From Caecitellus pseudoparvulus (lineage: Eukaryota; Protista; Bigyra: Bicosoecida), in contig CBFFRQ010000068.1 in assembly GCA_965644315.1 (NCBI GenBank), positions 806,001 to 870,000 of the forward strand: a stretch of 64,000 bases of DNA, read 5' to 3'. Of the stretch, positions 43,996-55,312 are shown piece by piece. The notes beneath the pieces are model-generated. The model was not told where the DNA came from. It searched no databases and saw nothing but the letters and a program-made list of their open reading frames with translations. Positions within the stretch are counted from its first letter, which is position 1; every line of letters begins with the position of its first letter. Both the position numbers and the translations under genes were made by a program.

Positions 43996-45390
43996 TCACC
44001 CCAAGCGCAGGATGCCGGAGGCGATGAGCTTGTTGATCTTCGCAGCCATGACTGGGTCCTTCATGACCTGCGTCGCGGAGGCAGGGTCGCTCTGCATGTC
44101 CTGCAGAACTTGGTTCACGACAGGGTCCCTCAGGATGGCCTGGATCTCGGGGTCTGCCGCTGCACGTGCCACCTGCTCCTGGTCGGCCTCCCCCGTGCTG
44201 CTGGCCTGGATGCGCATGACAGTGCGACCGTACCCCTCCTGGCACTCGGGGTCATCCTCGTTGATGGAGAGGCCGGACCGGAACGCGTCCACCGCCTTGG
44301 AGAACTCCTTGCGCAGGAAGTGGATGTTGCCCTTCCGCGACCACGCCTTGACGTACTGCGGGTCCAGCTCCAGCGCCTTCTCGCAGTCGCCCAGAGCAGC
44401 GTTCATGTCCATGAGCTTGCAGCGGGCTGTAGCGCGGTTGTTCCAGTAGGACGCCACGCCGGGGTCCCGCTTGATGGCCTCCGAGTACAGCTCCACCGCC
44501 TCCTTGAAGCGGCCCTCCTTGAACGCTTCGTTGCCGGCGGCCTTGGCCTCGGCACCCTTGGCAGGGTCCAGGTACGCCTCCGCCTCCAGGCGCACCTTGG
44601 TGTCCTCCACCTTGCGCTTGCGCGTGTACACGACGTCTGTGTGGTGCTCCAGCAAGCTGCTGTCGTAGGCGGCGATGGCAGCCTCCAGGTCACCAGCCTT
44701 GGCGTGGGCGTTTCCGATACGGGCGTACGCCTTGGCCAGCAGCTGGAACCCCGCGCCGTTGGACCGCCCGAACTCGATGGCCTCTTCGCACTCCTTGATG
44801 GAGGCGGGGATGTCGCCCTGTTCGTAGAACACGGCGGCCTTGTTCAGGCGGTAGGTGATGTCGGAGGGGTCCAGCTCCAGCGCCGCGTCGTAGCATGCCA
44901 GCGCGCCCTCGAAGTCCTTCTTCTTGTACAACGCATTGCCCTCCTGCTTCTTCGCCACGGCAGCCTCCTTCGCCTCCCGTGCCGCGCGCTCCTCTGGCGT
45001 CTCAGCCGCCCGCCGGGCCGCCTCCTCTGCCGCGGCGGCCTCCTCAGCTGCCGCCTTGGCCGCTGCCGCGGCCTTGGCAGCGCGCTCCTCAGCCTCCTTC
45101 TCTGCCTTCACCTGCGCTTCGTGCGCCCTGCGCATGGCCTCGGGGTCGGGCTGGGCCTGGGGGGGCCCCTGTCCGCCGGCACCGGCGCCGCCCAGCGGGA
45201 TGCCCAGCACGAACCCCAGCACCTCCATGAGCCGGGGGTCGGACGCAGCGGAGCCCTGCAGCGCAGACGTGTCCCCTGCGGCCAACTTGTCGATGGTGTC
45301 GCTGAACTCCTTGTCTGACAGGTACGCTGAGAACTTCGGGTGCCCCGCCAGCTTCTGGCGAAGGCCTGGGCCAAACAGGTCGCCCATGCC

Positions 45391-45423
<33 letters not shown>

Positions 45424-46054
45424 ACCACCCCACTGGGGAGCAGCCTGCGCTTGCATGTCCTGCTGGATGGCTGCCTTGCAGCTGGCCAAGGCGGCGTTGG
45501 CAGGGTCCACAGCCAAGCCCTTCTCAGCAGCTTCCAAAGCCTCAGACAGCTTGCCTTGAGCGTGCAGCGCTGCTGCCACACGGTTGTACCCCTTGGGCCA
45601 GTCAGCCTTGAGCTCCACAACCTTCTGTGCGTCTTCCAATGCACCGGTGGTGTCCTTCAAGCTCAGCTTCGCCGCCGATCTGAGCCAGGAAGGGCGCGGG
45701 AGAGTGCAGCATGTGCGGAAGTTGTCGCGCAGAAGGGCATCGAACGCGGGTGAGGTGGGGGCTGGAAAGCGCACCGAGACGGAATACGCACCTGTTGCTG
45801 AAGAAGATGTGGTTACTGTCATCCAATTCAATGGCCTGTGAACGGCGAATCCAATTCGTGCAGGCTATGAAGGCCAAAGTGCACCGCCACGCGGAATTTG
45901 CCTCCCGCTACTGACGGGAGAGCCTGCTTCCCATCAATTCTTGGGGAGGACGCACCTTTGTGTAGCACTCAATGGCTTCTTCGAACTTCTCCTGCTGCAA
46001 GGCGGCGTTGCCCTTGCCCTTCCACTCTGCTGCTTGTGCAGCTGCGTCAGCCAT
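43996..46054 (-). CDS. STI1: Hsp70-Hsp90 organizing protein STI1/HOP
   Basis: Exons 46054-45956, 45835-45792 and 45679-43996. TPR1 (KGKGNAAL..YTKAIELD), DP1, TPR2A/2B and DP2 (DPEIQAILRDPVV..INKLIASGIL). Confidence 0.96.
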
Positions 46055-46421
46055 GTTTGTGTTGAAGGCTGCCGTCAACCGTACAGCGTCCTTCCCCACG
46101 TGCTGCTTCCACACTTGCTGTGAAAAGCCGAAGAGAGGAACTGGATGCAGAAATGCTGGGGAGGTGTGGGAAGCACGGTCTGCGTTGATTTGGTGAGGGC
46201 AGTCGAGTTGCTTGGGAGCGTCAGCGGAGCCCACCACGCCAGTATTCGTCGATCAGCCCAAAACAAGAACCGCCCCGAAGCAAGTGCACCTGGCGACAGG
46301 CATGACCAAGTCACTATTTTATTTTAATACCCTCACAGCTCCCGGCTCATCCTCGCAACAGTCGTTTGCTGCTGCTGGTAAGGCTAATCAAGTGCGCCCG
46401 AAACTGCGGCGAAACTCCACC

Positions 46422-47888
46422 ATGGCGGCGTCTTCCAGCACTGCGCCCGAGGCCAAAGGGTACAAAGGCTTCGGCAGCTTTCACAGTGAGAACGTTGAAG
46501 GCCTTATCGCAGGACTCATGGCTGGCCAACCGCTGCCAGAGGTCGCCTCACCCGACGCTGCCAAAGCAGCGCTGGCTCAGTATCAGCCTGCCACTGCAGC
46601 TGACTTCGGCTCAGCCAGCTTCAAGAAGGCCAACTTTTTCGTTGACCCAGCATGGACTTTCCTCAACCATGGGGCGTTTGGGGGTGCCCACCGCCTGGCT
46701 GCTGCCGTCGCCAACGCGTGGCGAGAGCACTGCGAAACACAGCCGCTGCGTTTCATCGACCGGCAACTCTTCGCAGCCGTGGCGGGCGCGCTGGCCGAGG
46801 CAGCAGCCAGTGTGGGCACTCCAGTGGACACCCTGACCTTTGTGCCCAACGCAACCACTGGCATCAACGCAGTCCTGGCGGCAGTGCCGTTTGAGGGGGA
46901 CAAGCGGGACGTGTTCATGCTGGACATCGGGTATGGCTCTGTGAAGAAGATCACCCGCGAGTTCTCAAGCCGGGCGGGTGGTGCAGTGCACATGGTACAC
47001 GTACCACTGCCCCTCCGAACAGAGTGGGAAGACGACATCATGGACCTCGTTTCCCGCGAGTTGCGCCCTGCCTCCACCGCCCTGGCGGTATTTGACCACG
47101 TCACCTCCAACACCGCCCTCGTGCTGCCAGTGAAGCGCCTGACGCAACTCTGCGCCGCCAAGGGCGTGCCAGTCCTCATTGACGGCGCCCACGCCTGGGG
47201 CAGCCTGCCGCTGGATGTGGCGGACATCGGCGCTGATTTTTATGTCACCAACGCCCACAAGTGGCTCAGCTGCCCTAAGGGCGTGGGCGTGTTGGCAGTG
47301 AAGCACGCAGGGGACCGGGCCCGGGTGCGTTCCCCCGTCATGAGCCACGGCTGGGATGCGGGCTTCCACAGCAGCTTCATGTGGGACGGCTGCCGTGACT
47401 ATGCCGCTGTGCTGAGTGTGCCTGCCATGCTGCAGTGGTGGACGGCCACTGGCCCAAGCACTGCCAGGGCCTACACTCGGGCGCTGCGAGATGCAGCAGT
47501 GGCGGAGCTGACGAGTGCCTGGGGCACTGGCACTCAGGCCCCCTTGGCGGCATATGGGCCCATGGCCTTGGTGCAAGTTCCGCGCGGCATCATGGCAGGC
47601 TTGGAGGAGGACGAGGCTGGCCATGCACAGGCACGGCACGGGGGGGAGGAAGGTGCTGGTGGTGCGGCGTGGTCCGACGCCCCCGCTGGGCCGTACACCT
47701 CCACTCATGCCAAGGTGTTGCAGGACGCGTTGCACGATGGACACCGCGTGGAAGCCCCGGTGAAGTGCCTGGGGGGGTGGCTCTTTCTGCGCCTCTCCTT
47801 CGCCGTGTACAACTGCGCAGCCGACTACAAAGTGCTGCAGGAGGCTGTGCTGGGCATGGTGGAGGACGGCGGTTTGCAGTGGCAGTGA
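46422..47888 (+). CDS. Class-V PLP enzyme (L-cysteine desulfhydrase / Egt2 / CefD-like lyase)
   Basis: FLNHGAFG, FVPNATTG, DHVTSNTALVLPV, LIDGAHAWG, TNAHKW (PLP lysine) and WDGCRDY. Confidence 0.85.
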   Translation: MAASSSTAPEAKGYKGFGSFHSENVEGLIAGLMAGQPLPEVASPDAAKAALAQYQPATAADFGSASFKKANFFVDPAWTFLNHGAFGGAHRLAAAVANAWREHCETQPLRFIDRQLFAAVAGALAEAAASVGTPVDTLTFVPNATTGINAVLAAVPFEGDKRDVFMLDIGYGSVKKITREFSSRAGGAVHMVHVPLPLRTEWEDDIMDLVSRELRPASTALAVFDHVTSNTALVLPVKRLTQLCAAKGVPVLIDGAHAWGSLPLDVADIGADFYVTNAHKWLSCPKGVGVLAVKHAGDRARVRSPVMSHGWDAGFHSSFMWDGCRDYAAVLSVPAMLQWWTATGPSTARAYTRALRDAAVAELTSAWGTGTQAPLAAYGPMALVQVPRGIMAGLEEDEAGHAQARHGGEEGAGGAAWSDAPAGPYTSTHAKVLQDALHDGHRVEAPVKCLGGWLFLRLSFAVYNCAADYKVLQEAVLGMVEDGGLQWQ

Positions 47889-47911
47889 GTGCATTCCGCT
47901 TTTCGGCCTGA

Positions 47912-48816
47912 TCAGGCGGAGGCCACTGCAGCAGCAGCAGCCGCGGTGGCCGTGTCAGCATCCTCTGCACCCCGTGGCCGCTTGCTGGCCAGCAGCGGCT
48001 GCAGGAACTCAGTGACGTACTTCTCTCGAGAGGGCATCTCGGGCACGCCGTCGGCATCACGGTTATGGGGCGTCCTGCGGAGAGTGGGGGCGGCGGGCGT
48101 GCAGCGCTGCACGGCACGGAAATGCACCACCGCGCACGAACCAGACAGGCACACCCTTGAAGAGGCGCAGGGCTTGGATGTGGTCGTTGCTGTCCAGGGT
48201 GAAGCGGTGGTAGATGCCTTCCGGCAGGATGATGAGGTCGCCCTTGGTCACTTCCATGCGGATCCAGCGGTCGTCCTGCGCAGGGAAGAGGAAGAGCAGC
48301 CTGTTGGGCGGGTAAAAACGGCACAATTGGCCGCACCTGCACACTGACCTTGTCTCGGATGTCAAAGTAGCCTGAGCCGTCCATGATGTACCTGCATCCG
48401 TGCGGAATTCGCTTGTGCCCGACGCCCAAGTGTGCAAGTGTGCGGCAAAAGGGGACGCCTACCGAATCTCCTCATCAGTATGGATGTGCTCTTCAAAAAA
48501 GGACTTGATCCTGTGCCCAGCCAGCAGCAGGGGGGGCGCCCATGCTAGCGGTGGTCGGGTGGCGTGTGCCAGCTTTGCCCACGCACTTCTCCTCATAGTT
48601 GGGCAGCTTCTCCGGGGAGCAAGTGATGTTGTCGCTGTAGTCGTACCCCCGCTCGGTCTTGATCTTCAACAGCTCCTCATCGTCTGCTGCCCCACTGAGC
48701 TTCCAGTACAGCACTCCGTACGACGCGAGCGTGTCCAGGTCCACTGGCTCATTGGGCTCCAGTTTGTTTGGTGCCCGCTGGTCGGTGACCTCCCCTGGCA
48801 TGTACCACGCTTGCAT
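47912..48816 (-). CDS. ADI1: Acireductone dioxygenase (methionine salvage)
   Basis: Five exons: [90 protein letters not shown]. Confidence 0.95.
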
Positions 48817-49054
48817 GACTGACGCTGTGGATGTAGGAATGGCGAAGCAGTATGAGCAACGGCGATGGCTTGAATGGTTGCTTTTTGATTGTGCTGGGCC
48901 TGCAGCGACAGAGAACTTGCATTGGCAACAGGCAGCAAAAACACTGCCACCCGCTCCAACACCCTCTTGGTCACATGCACACTCACGCACATGTAGGGCA
49001 GCAAAACACAGAAGCACAGTCCTCACGACGACACGGCGCGCACCCCCCGCCTCC

Positions 49055-52000
49055 TCACAGCTCGTCCACATCCACGTCGGAGATGAGGTCCTTCGCAACA
49101 CGCGCGCTGCGCTCAGACAGGAACCGGGCTTGGGCTGCCTGCTGCACGGACACCGCCACGCTCTGCCGCCGGTACGCCTTCTTGCTCGCCTTACCCCCTG
49201 CACCTGCGCTGGCACCCCCCGACACCGCCGCCGAGCGTGACGCTGCCCGCGCAGGCGGCAAGGTGCCCCCCTTCTTGCTAGAGGTCTTCTGCCCCCGCCG
49301 TGACGTCGTCTTGGCCGCCTCAGCCTCCTCGGCAGGTCCACGCATCCAAGCTGTGGACGCCTCAAAGTCTTCGTGTTGCTCAGTGCCCTTGGGCGAAGTG
49401 GCCTTCGCCTCTGCCTTGCGCTTTGTGGACAGGCTCATGCGGCGGGCAGTGTTGGAGCGGTACCCGCTCAGCTTGGCACCTGCGTCGCCGCCGCCACCTG
49501 GGGGGCTCTTCGCTGTGGGGCTGAGCGTGGCGCCTCTGTTCACCGGGTGGTCCACACGCAGCGGGTTGGGCACCTCGCCCACGACACTCGGGGAAGCCCC
49601 TCGTTTCTTCACTGGCTGCTGCTGCTTCTGGCGTGCAGCCGTGGCATCCAGCAGCGTGTCGCCCACGTCGGAGTTCTTGCGGCCTACCTGTCCACACGAG
49701 AGCTGGTGGCGGCGGTCGGTGTACAGGAAGTCCGGAAAGTAGTGGTGGGCGGCAGACATGGCCCCTGCCAGGATGTACTTGAGCACCACCACGGCAATGG
49801 CGACGACGAAGAAGTTGGTGTACGTGGACTTGCGGTCGGCGTCCGTGCTGGACACCATGAGGCTGTCCTGCATGGTGGCCATGAGCGTCAGGGCCACGCC
49901 GTCAGCTGCCACCTGCACGAGGATGTAGAAGGACGTGGGCAGGCGCTGGACATCCTTGATCCACTCCAGGCACACTTCGTCCGAGCCAGGGAACACGAAG
50001 AGGCTCGTGGCTACGTCGCCGAAGTGCTTGAAGTTGAACCGCCAGTAGAAGCACGTGAACAGCACCTTGATGCCCAGGAGGCCTCCCAGGTACAGGTAGA
50101 ACGCCGGCGCCTCTGAGAAGAACACCGCGAACAAGGACACAGTCACCACGTTGGAGGCGATTTCAGCAGCCCTGAACGCCGCCGCAAGCAGCACGCCGAA
50201 GGTGACGTATGTCACTTGTTTCTGCGCTTCACTCTTGCGCCACGCGTTCATCTTGGCCTTGTCGCTCTGCGCCAGGGATGCAACGATGGAGCCCAATGAC
50301 AGCGCAATGGATACGATGAGGATGGGGTTGGGGTCCAGCAGCTTCAAGGCCTGGAACGACTGCAACAGTGTCTGGGGCGTGGCTTCCATCATGGCCTCTG
50401 TCAGCTTCAGGCGGTGGATGGCGGCGAGGCCCTGCATGGGCTGCGTCGTCCGCAGCGGCATGATGGCCCCCGTGACTTTTCCAAGACACACGAAGTTGTA
50501 CGCGTCCATGACGATGGTCAAGGACAGCGGCTGCAAGATTGCCGCCCGGCTGCGGCCATCCTGCACCAAGCTGTACATCGTGTAGATGTTTGCGAACAGC
50601 AGGATGGCCAGGGATGCGGCAAACAAGGTAAAGTCCCCTGCCTTCACGCCGGCAGCGTACAGGTCCACCAGCACGATGATGTCCATGACATAGTCTGCCA
50701 CATTCACAATGGACGAAGAGACTGCCGCAATCTTGGGCAGGTTAATGGTGGGTGTGCTTTCCTCCATGGTGAAGGTGCCGATCAAGTTCATGTCAGGCGT
50801 GCCATCCCGCATCAGCCCGCGGTCCCTGATGGTGGTGAAGTCCAAGTAGTCAAAGTTGGCATACACCAGGCGCCCCTTGCTGAACTTCCCTTCCTCCCAG
50901 TCAATCACGCACTGCCGCCCATCCAGCAAGAAGATGTCGGTGCGTTTGAGATCGGAGGGCATTGTGACGACGGTGGGGCGCGAGAGCAGTTTCGCCACCA
51001 TGCGCAAGTGAGCCGCCATCTCGGCCACGATGGGGACATTTCCGAAGTCCACACCTACCAAGTCGTACTGGTGTGGCAGAGTTCGCAGCGCAGTGACGAG
51101 GGGGTTCAAGTTGCCGTCCAGGCCGGATTCTGTGAGATCCACCACACGCGGCAACGTCGGCGTGGCCAGCATCAGCTCGCCCAAGCACAGGATGGCGTCG
51201 GAAGTGAGCACTACCCCCCGCATGCCGACGGTGGTGATGCGGGTGTTGAACTTGAGGGCATCTGTGATGTACTGCAGGCTCTCCCCCAAACTGTTGTTGT
51301 TGTAGGAAAGGTCAAGTGTCGTCAAGGCCGGGTGGTGCTGCACCGCCGACGCGAAGGAGGCGCCTGCGTGGACTGACTGCCCCATGAACTCGTCGTGGAA
51401 GAGGCCTGCAAAGGTATGGGCCACGGCAAAAAGAGGGTGCTCCCAGCCTTGGGGGTCGCCGAGGCTGCACAGCGCTACGCACCGCGATCGAAACTGAAGG
51501 TGTTTGAGCCGATGTACAGCTCCTTGAGCGTTTTCTGCTTGCGCAGCGCCCCAGACAGAGCTGCAAGCCTGCGGGAGGCAGGGAAGCGGCATACAAGTGT
51601 GACCGGCGGTGCAGCAAGGCCAAGCGGGCGGGAAGAGCAGGCTCACCCTGTGTCTCGGATGTTGTTGTTCTCCAGCGCCAGCACCTCCAGCGTCTTGTGC
51701 TCGCCCAGCGCAGTGGCCAGCGTCTGCATGCCCGCGTCGCCAAGGTTTGCCCCTGACAGGTTCAACTGCACCAGCGATCGATTCCTCGCCAGGCCAGTTG
51801 CAATGGTGGTGGCACCCAGCACGCCCATCATGCAATCTGCGCACACGGGGGCGAGGTGTCGACATGAGGCTAGCGGGCAAGAGCAAGGTCACGCCCAGCG
51901 CACTGCAAGTCGACAGAGCAAGGTGCTGGTCGGCAATGGCAACCCCCCAGCACACAGGCTCAAAGCACACACACATGCACATTGCGGGGCGTTCTCAGGG

Positions 52001-52624
52001 AAGGCAATTGCCAGCCCTGCTGCACCAGTGGTGAGTTGAAGCGGGTTAGAGCGCCACGCCTCGACGCACCCTCGAGAATAAGCGCCTTCAGAGTGCGGTT
52101 CAGCGCAAAGAAGGACGCCATGATGCGCAAGATGTACTCCTCCTTCGTGGAATTGTGGTTCAAATCCAGTGCCTGGCACTTGGAGTTGGAGAGGAGCAGC
52201 ACGAAAGCAGCAGCAACTTGGTCTGGCGTTGCGTTTGCCCCGAGCTCTGCGTGACTGCCCGCGCCATCTCGGATCAAAACCAGGGCAGATCCTGCAAAAA
52301 GACAGTGCATCAAGCAAGGTCCCGAAGATGTGTGGCAGGGGATGCACGCGGAGGCCACCGTCGGCGGCAAGCGGCGCAGAGAGCTTGGCCGCTGCGACAC
52401 TCACGGGTAGCACAGGGAGGCGTGTCCTCCACGATGGCCTTGGCGCGCCCTGTGTCTCTCGCTGTCAACTTCCCCGTCAGCGCACCACTCTGAGGGCGCC
52501 CTGAGGTCGATGGTGAGGCGAGCCTCATGGAAGGCACACGGAGCAGGCTGCGAGCCGAAGCCGAGGTTGCCGCCGCCGACACGCTGCCCTGTCTGATGCG
52601 CATTGCGGCCGAGGAGCCCGCCAT
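49055..52624 (-). CDS. RNI-like LRR domain fused to XK-related multi-pass membrane domain
   Basis: Spliced LRR exons (LNRTLKALILE, NRSLVQLNLSGANLGDAG, HKTLEVLALENNNIRDTG, LTTLDLSYN). The last exon encodes TM helices with ADYVMDI, LKLTEAMMEATPQTLLQ, SIALSLGSI and FRAAEIAS. Confidence 0.78.
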
Positions 52625-52902
52625 GCTGAAGAAGGAGCAGCCCCCTGCCTACAAGCGGTCCAGGCCTACTCCTAGCACCGTCTTTACAGTCCTTCCTCTC
52701 GCTGCTGCGCGAGCTGCGCGTGTGCAACCACCTGTCTAACCAGCGCTCTGGCGTTGCCACAGCTGCCTTGGCGCCTTTGGAGCTGCACTGTGTGCAGCCG
52801 AGTGCACGACTGGCGCACAGCACCAAGCTGAGCATTAACGCAGATGCATTGCATTTTGTGCTCTCCTCTGTCGCTGCGGTTCCCCGCTGTGCCGTGGACC
52901 CC

Positions 52903-53836
52903 TCACTCATCTGCAAACACGCGGTAGCCACGCTGCAGCGACCTGTGCTCCTGCGTGCCTGTGATGACGGTGCGCCGCGTGGGCGCCTGGAAGGCGGCTG
53001 TCTCACAGCCCACACGGCTGCCCTTGGCGGCCTTCACGGCGCCCGTGGTCGCACCGCCCACCTGCAGCGACGCATGGTCAGAGTGCACTGGCTTTGCCAC
53101 CCGCCTGCCGTGCAGCGCGATGAGGCCTGGGTCACCCCCCGGGAGCCAGCTGCGCTGGGCAGCCGTGGACTCCTTGGGGTCTGCACTGTCCTTCCACATC
53201 TCCCCGACTGTGGCAGAGGCTCGCAGGCCTCGACCCGGCCGCGGCGCCCCAGGCCCCCCCGCTGCAGACTGCTTCGCACTGCGCTCTGCCAGCTGCTCAA
53301 AGCGTCCCTTCGCGCCAGAGCCGCCAAAGTCAGCACGTGAGGTCGTCTCGAAGTACCGTGCGGCCTCTGTCTTGCCGTGGGTCTTGATGACGGCGTCAAA
53401 GTCCGCGCCGACAGCGACGTCGCCGCGATCAGCGGAGAGAGCGTACTGGGCTGCCTTGTAGGTCGCAGGGGTGACCATGCCGAACCGCACGCCCTGCCCC
53501 TGGATCAAGTGCTTGCCCTGCCTGCTGGGGTGGGCGAACTGCTCCCTGGCTGTCGTTTGGGTCTCTCTCTGCAGCGTCGGAGGCAGTGACCGTCAAGCGC
53601 ACAGCGTCCAGCAACACCCAATGCTCAGGTCGCCGCCACTCACAAAGCCATAGTCGGGGTACACCCCGAAGTCCATGGGTGGAGCCTGGTCTTCAGCCCA
53701 GTTGTCTGTGAAGCACACCACCGCACAGCATTGCATGTGCAGCAGCTCAACTTTGCCCCGGGCGTTTCTGGTATCAATTTCCGCACAAACACTCACGCAT
53801 GAGCGTGCTCGTCGAAAAGCGCTTCATCGTTGCCAT
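52903..53836 (-). CDS. Putative ciliary microtubule inner protein with NWE-type motif
   Basis: Exons 53836-53797, 53705-53644 and 53568-52903 give MATMKRFSTSTLMHNWAEDQAPP..YGFRETQTTAREQF...YFETTSRADF. Confidence 0.6.
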
Positions 53837-54282
53837 GGTAAGCCTTGAGTGAAACTGACGTAAACGTTTGACGGGCACAAGCCTTGCTCAGAGCAGCTGG
53901 ATTAGAGCGACGTGAGTGGATTGAGCAGCTCGTTGCAGCTCCCGCGGTGGCTCGTCTAGGAAGAGCCTCTGGCGTCTTCAGGCAAGAATGCGTCCGTGGT
54001 GGGTGTTGAGAAGGGCATGCCACACTAGCAAGGGGTTGGTTTCGTTTTATTTTTGTCCCCACGGACGTTGAATCCCTTGCCTGCATGTGCTGCCTGGGAC
54101 TCGGGAAGCTGTCGTGCCTGTCAAGGAAGTTTGCAGAGCAAAACGCGAGCTCTACTATGCCTACAGCGATGCACAGAGTAGTCGTTCCAAGCTACCTGAT
54201 CAGCACTTCTGACCTTGTTCACTGAAGCCGTCGCTAGTTGAGACAGGTGGGAGGGCGGGAAGCGATTTCCGCAACCCAGCTC

Positions 54283-55074
54283 ATGGCGGCTGCCGAAGCA
54301 CCCACGAAGCCCCAAGAGGCTGAGAGCATTTGGGAGCGTGCAGAAGCAGGTGACAAGGAGGGCGTTGCGGGGCTGGTGGCGAGTGGCGCCAGCGTGCAGG
54401 CCTGTCGGCCGCATGAAGGCTGCGCAGCTGAAGAGCAGTGGGGGGAGCACCCCCTGCACGCCGCGGCGCGGGGGGGGCACGTGGAGCTGATGCAGTGGCT
54501 GGCAGAGGCGGGAGGAGACGTAAAGGCGAAAACAACAGACGTGTTCCCAATCGCCGAGCCTGATCATGCCTACACGCCGCTGCACGCGGCGGCAGGCGCT
54601 GGGCGTGAGGCTGCTGTGGAGTGGCTGCTGCAGCACGGCGCCGACCCCACAGCAGCCTCCTCCCAAGGCGTGACCGTGCTGCACTGCGCCATCCGCTCTG
54701 GCCGTGTGGAGGTGGCCAAGCAGCTTGTCGCTGCTGGCGCGACAGTGGCCGCGGCGCCAACTGCAGGCGCATTTGGCGCGGTGGGGTGGGCTGCTGTGAG
54801 CGGAGATATTGGCATGCTGCAGTGGGTGGCGGAGCAAGAGCACGTCGACGTAACGGCCACCTGCGGCGAGAATGGAGAGCTGGCGACCTTTTGGGCTGCT
54901 AAAGGCGGGCACTTGGAGGCCTTGCAGTGGCTGGTGGCTGCGGGGGTGGACGTGAAGGCTGTGGACGAGCACGGGCAAAACGCAGCAGACGCGGCAGAGG
55001 AGCAGGCGGAGGTGCTGGCGTGGCTGGCTGAGCAGGGAGTGCACCCTGCTCCAGAGGACGAGTTTGGGTGGTGA
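54283..55074 (+). CDS. Ankyrin-repeat protein
   Basis: GEHPLHAAARGGH, YTPLHAAAGAG, GVTVLHCAIRSG and WAAKGGHLEALQWL. Confidence 0.9.
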   Translation: MAAAEAPTKPQEAESIWERAEAGDKEGVAGLVASGASVQACRPHEGCAAEEQWGEHPLHAAARGGHVELMQWLAEAGGDVKAKTTDVFPIAEPDHAYTPLHAAAGAGREAAVEWLLQHGADPTAASSQGVTVLHCAIRSGRVEVAKQLVAAGATVAAAPTAGAFGAVGWAAVSGDIGMLQWVAEQEHVDVTATCGENGELATFWAAKGGHLEALQWLVAAGVDVKAVDEHGQNAADAAEEQAEVLAWLAEQGVHPAPEDEFGW

Positions 55075-55103
55075 GGAGGCCAGCGAAAGCGAGTGTATTG
55101 CAC

Positions 55104-55121
55104 GGGGGGGGGGGGGGGGGG
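55104..55121 (+). repeat. G18 homopolymer
   Basis: 18 consecutive G between two convergent stop codons. Confidence 0.85.
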
Positions 55122-55312
55122 CACGCGCCTAGCGAAGCCACCCCACTGTACTGCACAGGTGGAACCGAATTCCAACACAAGCACACTTCACTTCTTCACA
55201 TTCACTTCACAAAGCTCGCGGGGCAGCACACTGCTGCCTCGCGCTGGTCCGTGGGGCTGGAGAACGCCTCCAGCCCACGGGCCGAGTTGTTGGTGCGGTG
55301 AAACGCACCACC

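Noticed and set aside
46422-48816. Sulfur-metabolism gene pair (PLP lyase and ADI1)
   Set aside because: The genes are convergent and in different pathways; adjacency is likely chance unless synteny is conserved.
37664-52624. Cell-death cluster (AIF-like and XK-like genes)
   Set aside because: Unrelated housekeeping genes separate them, and there is no evidence of co-regulation.
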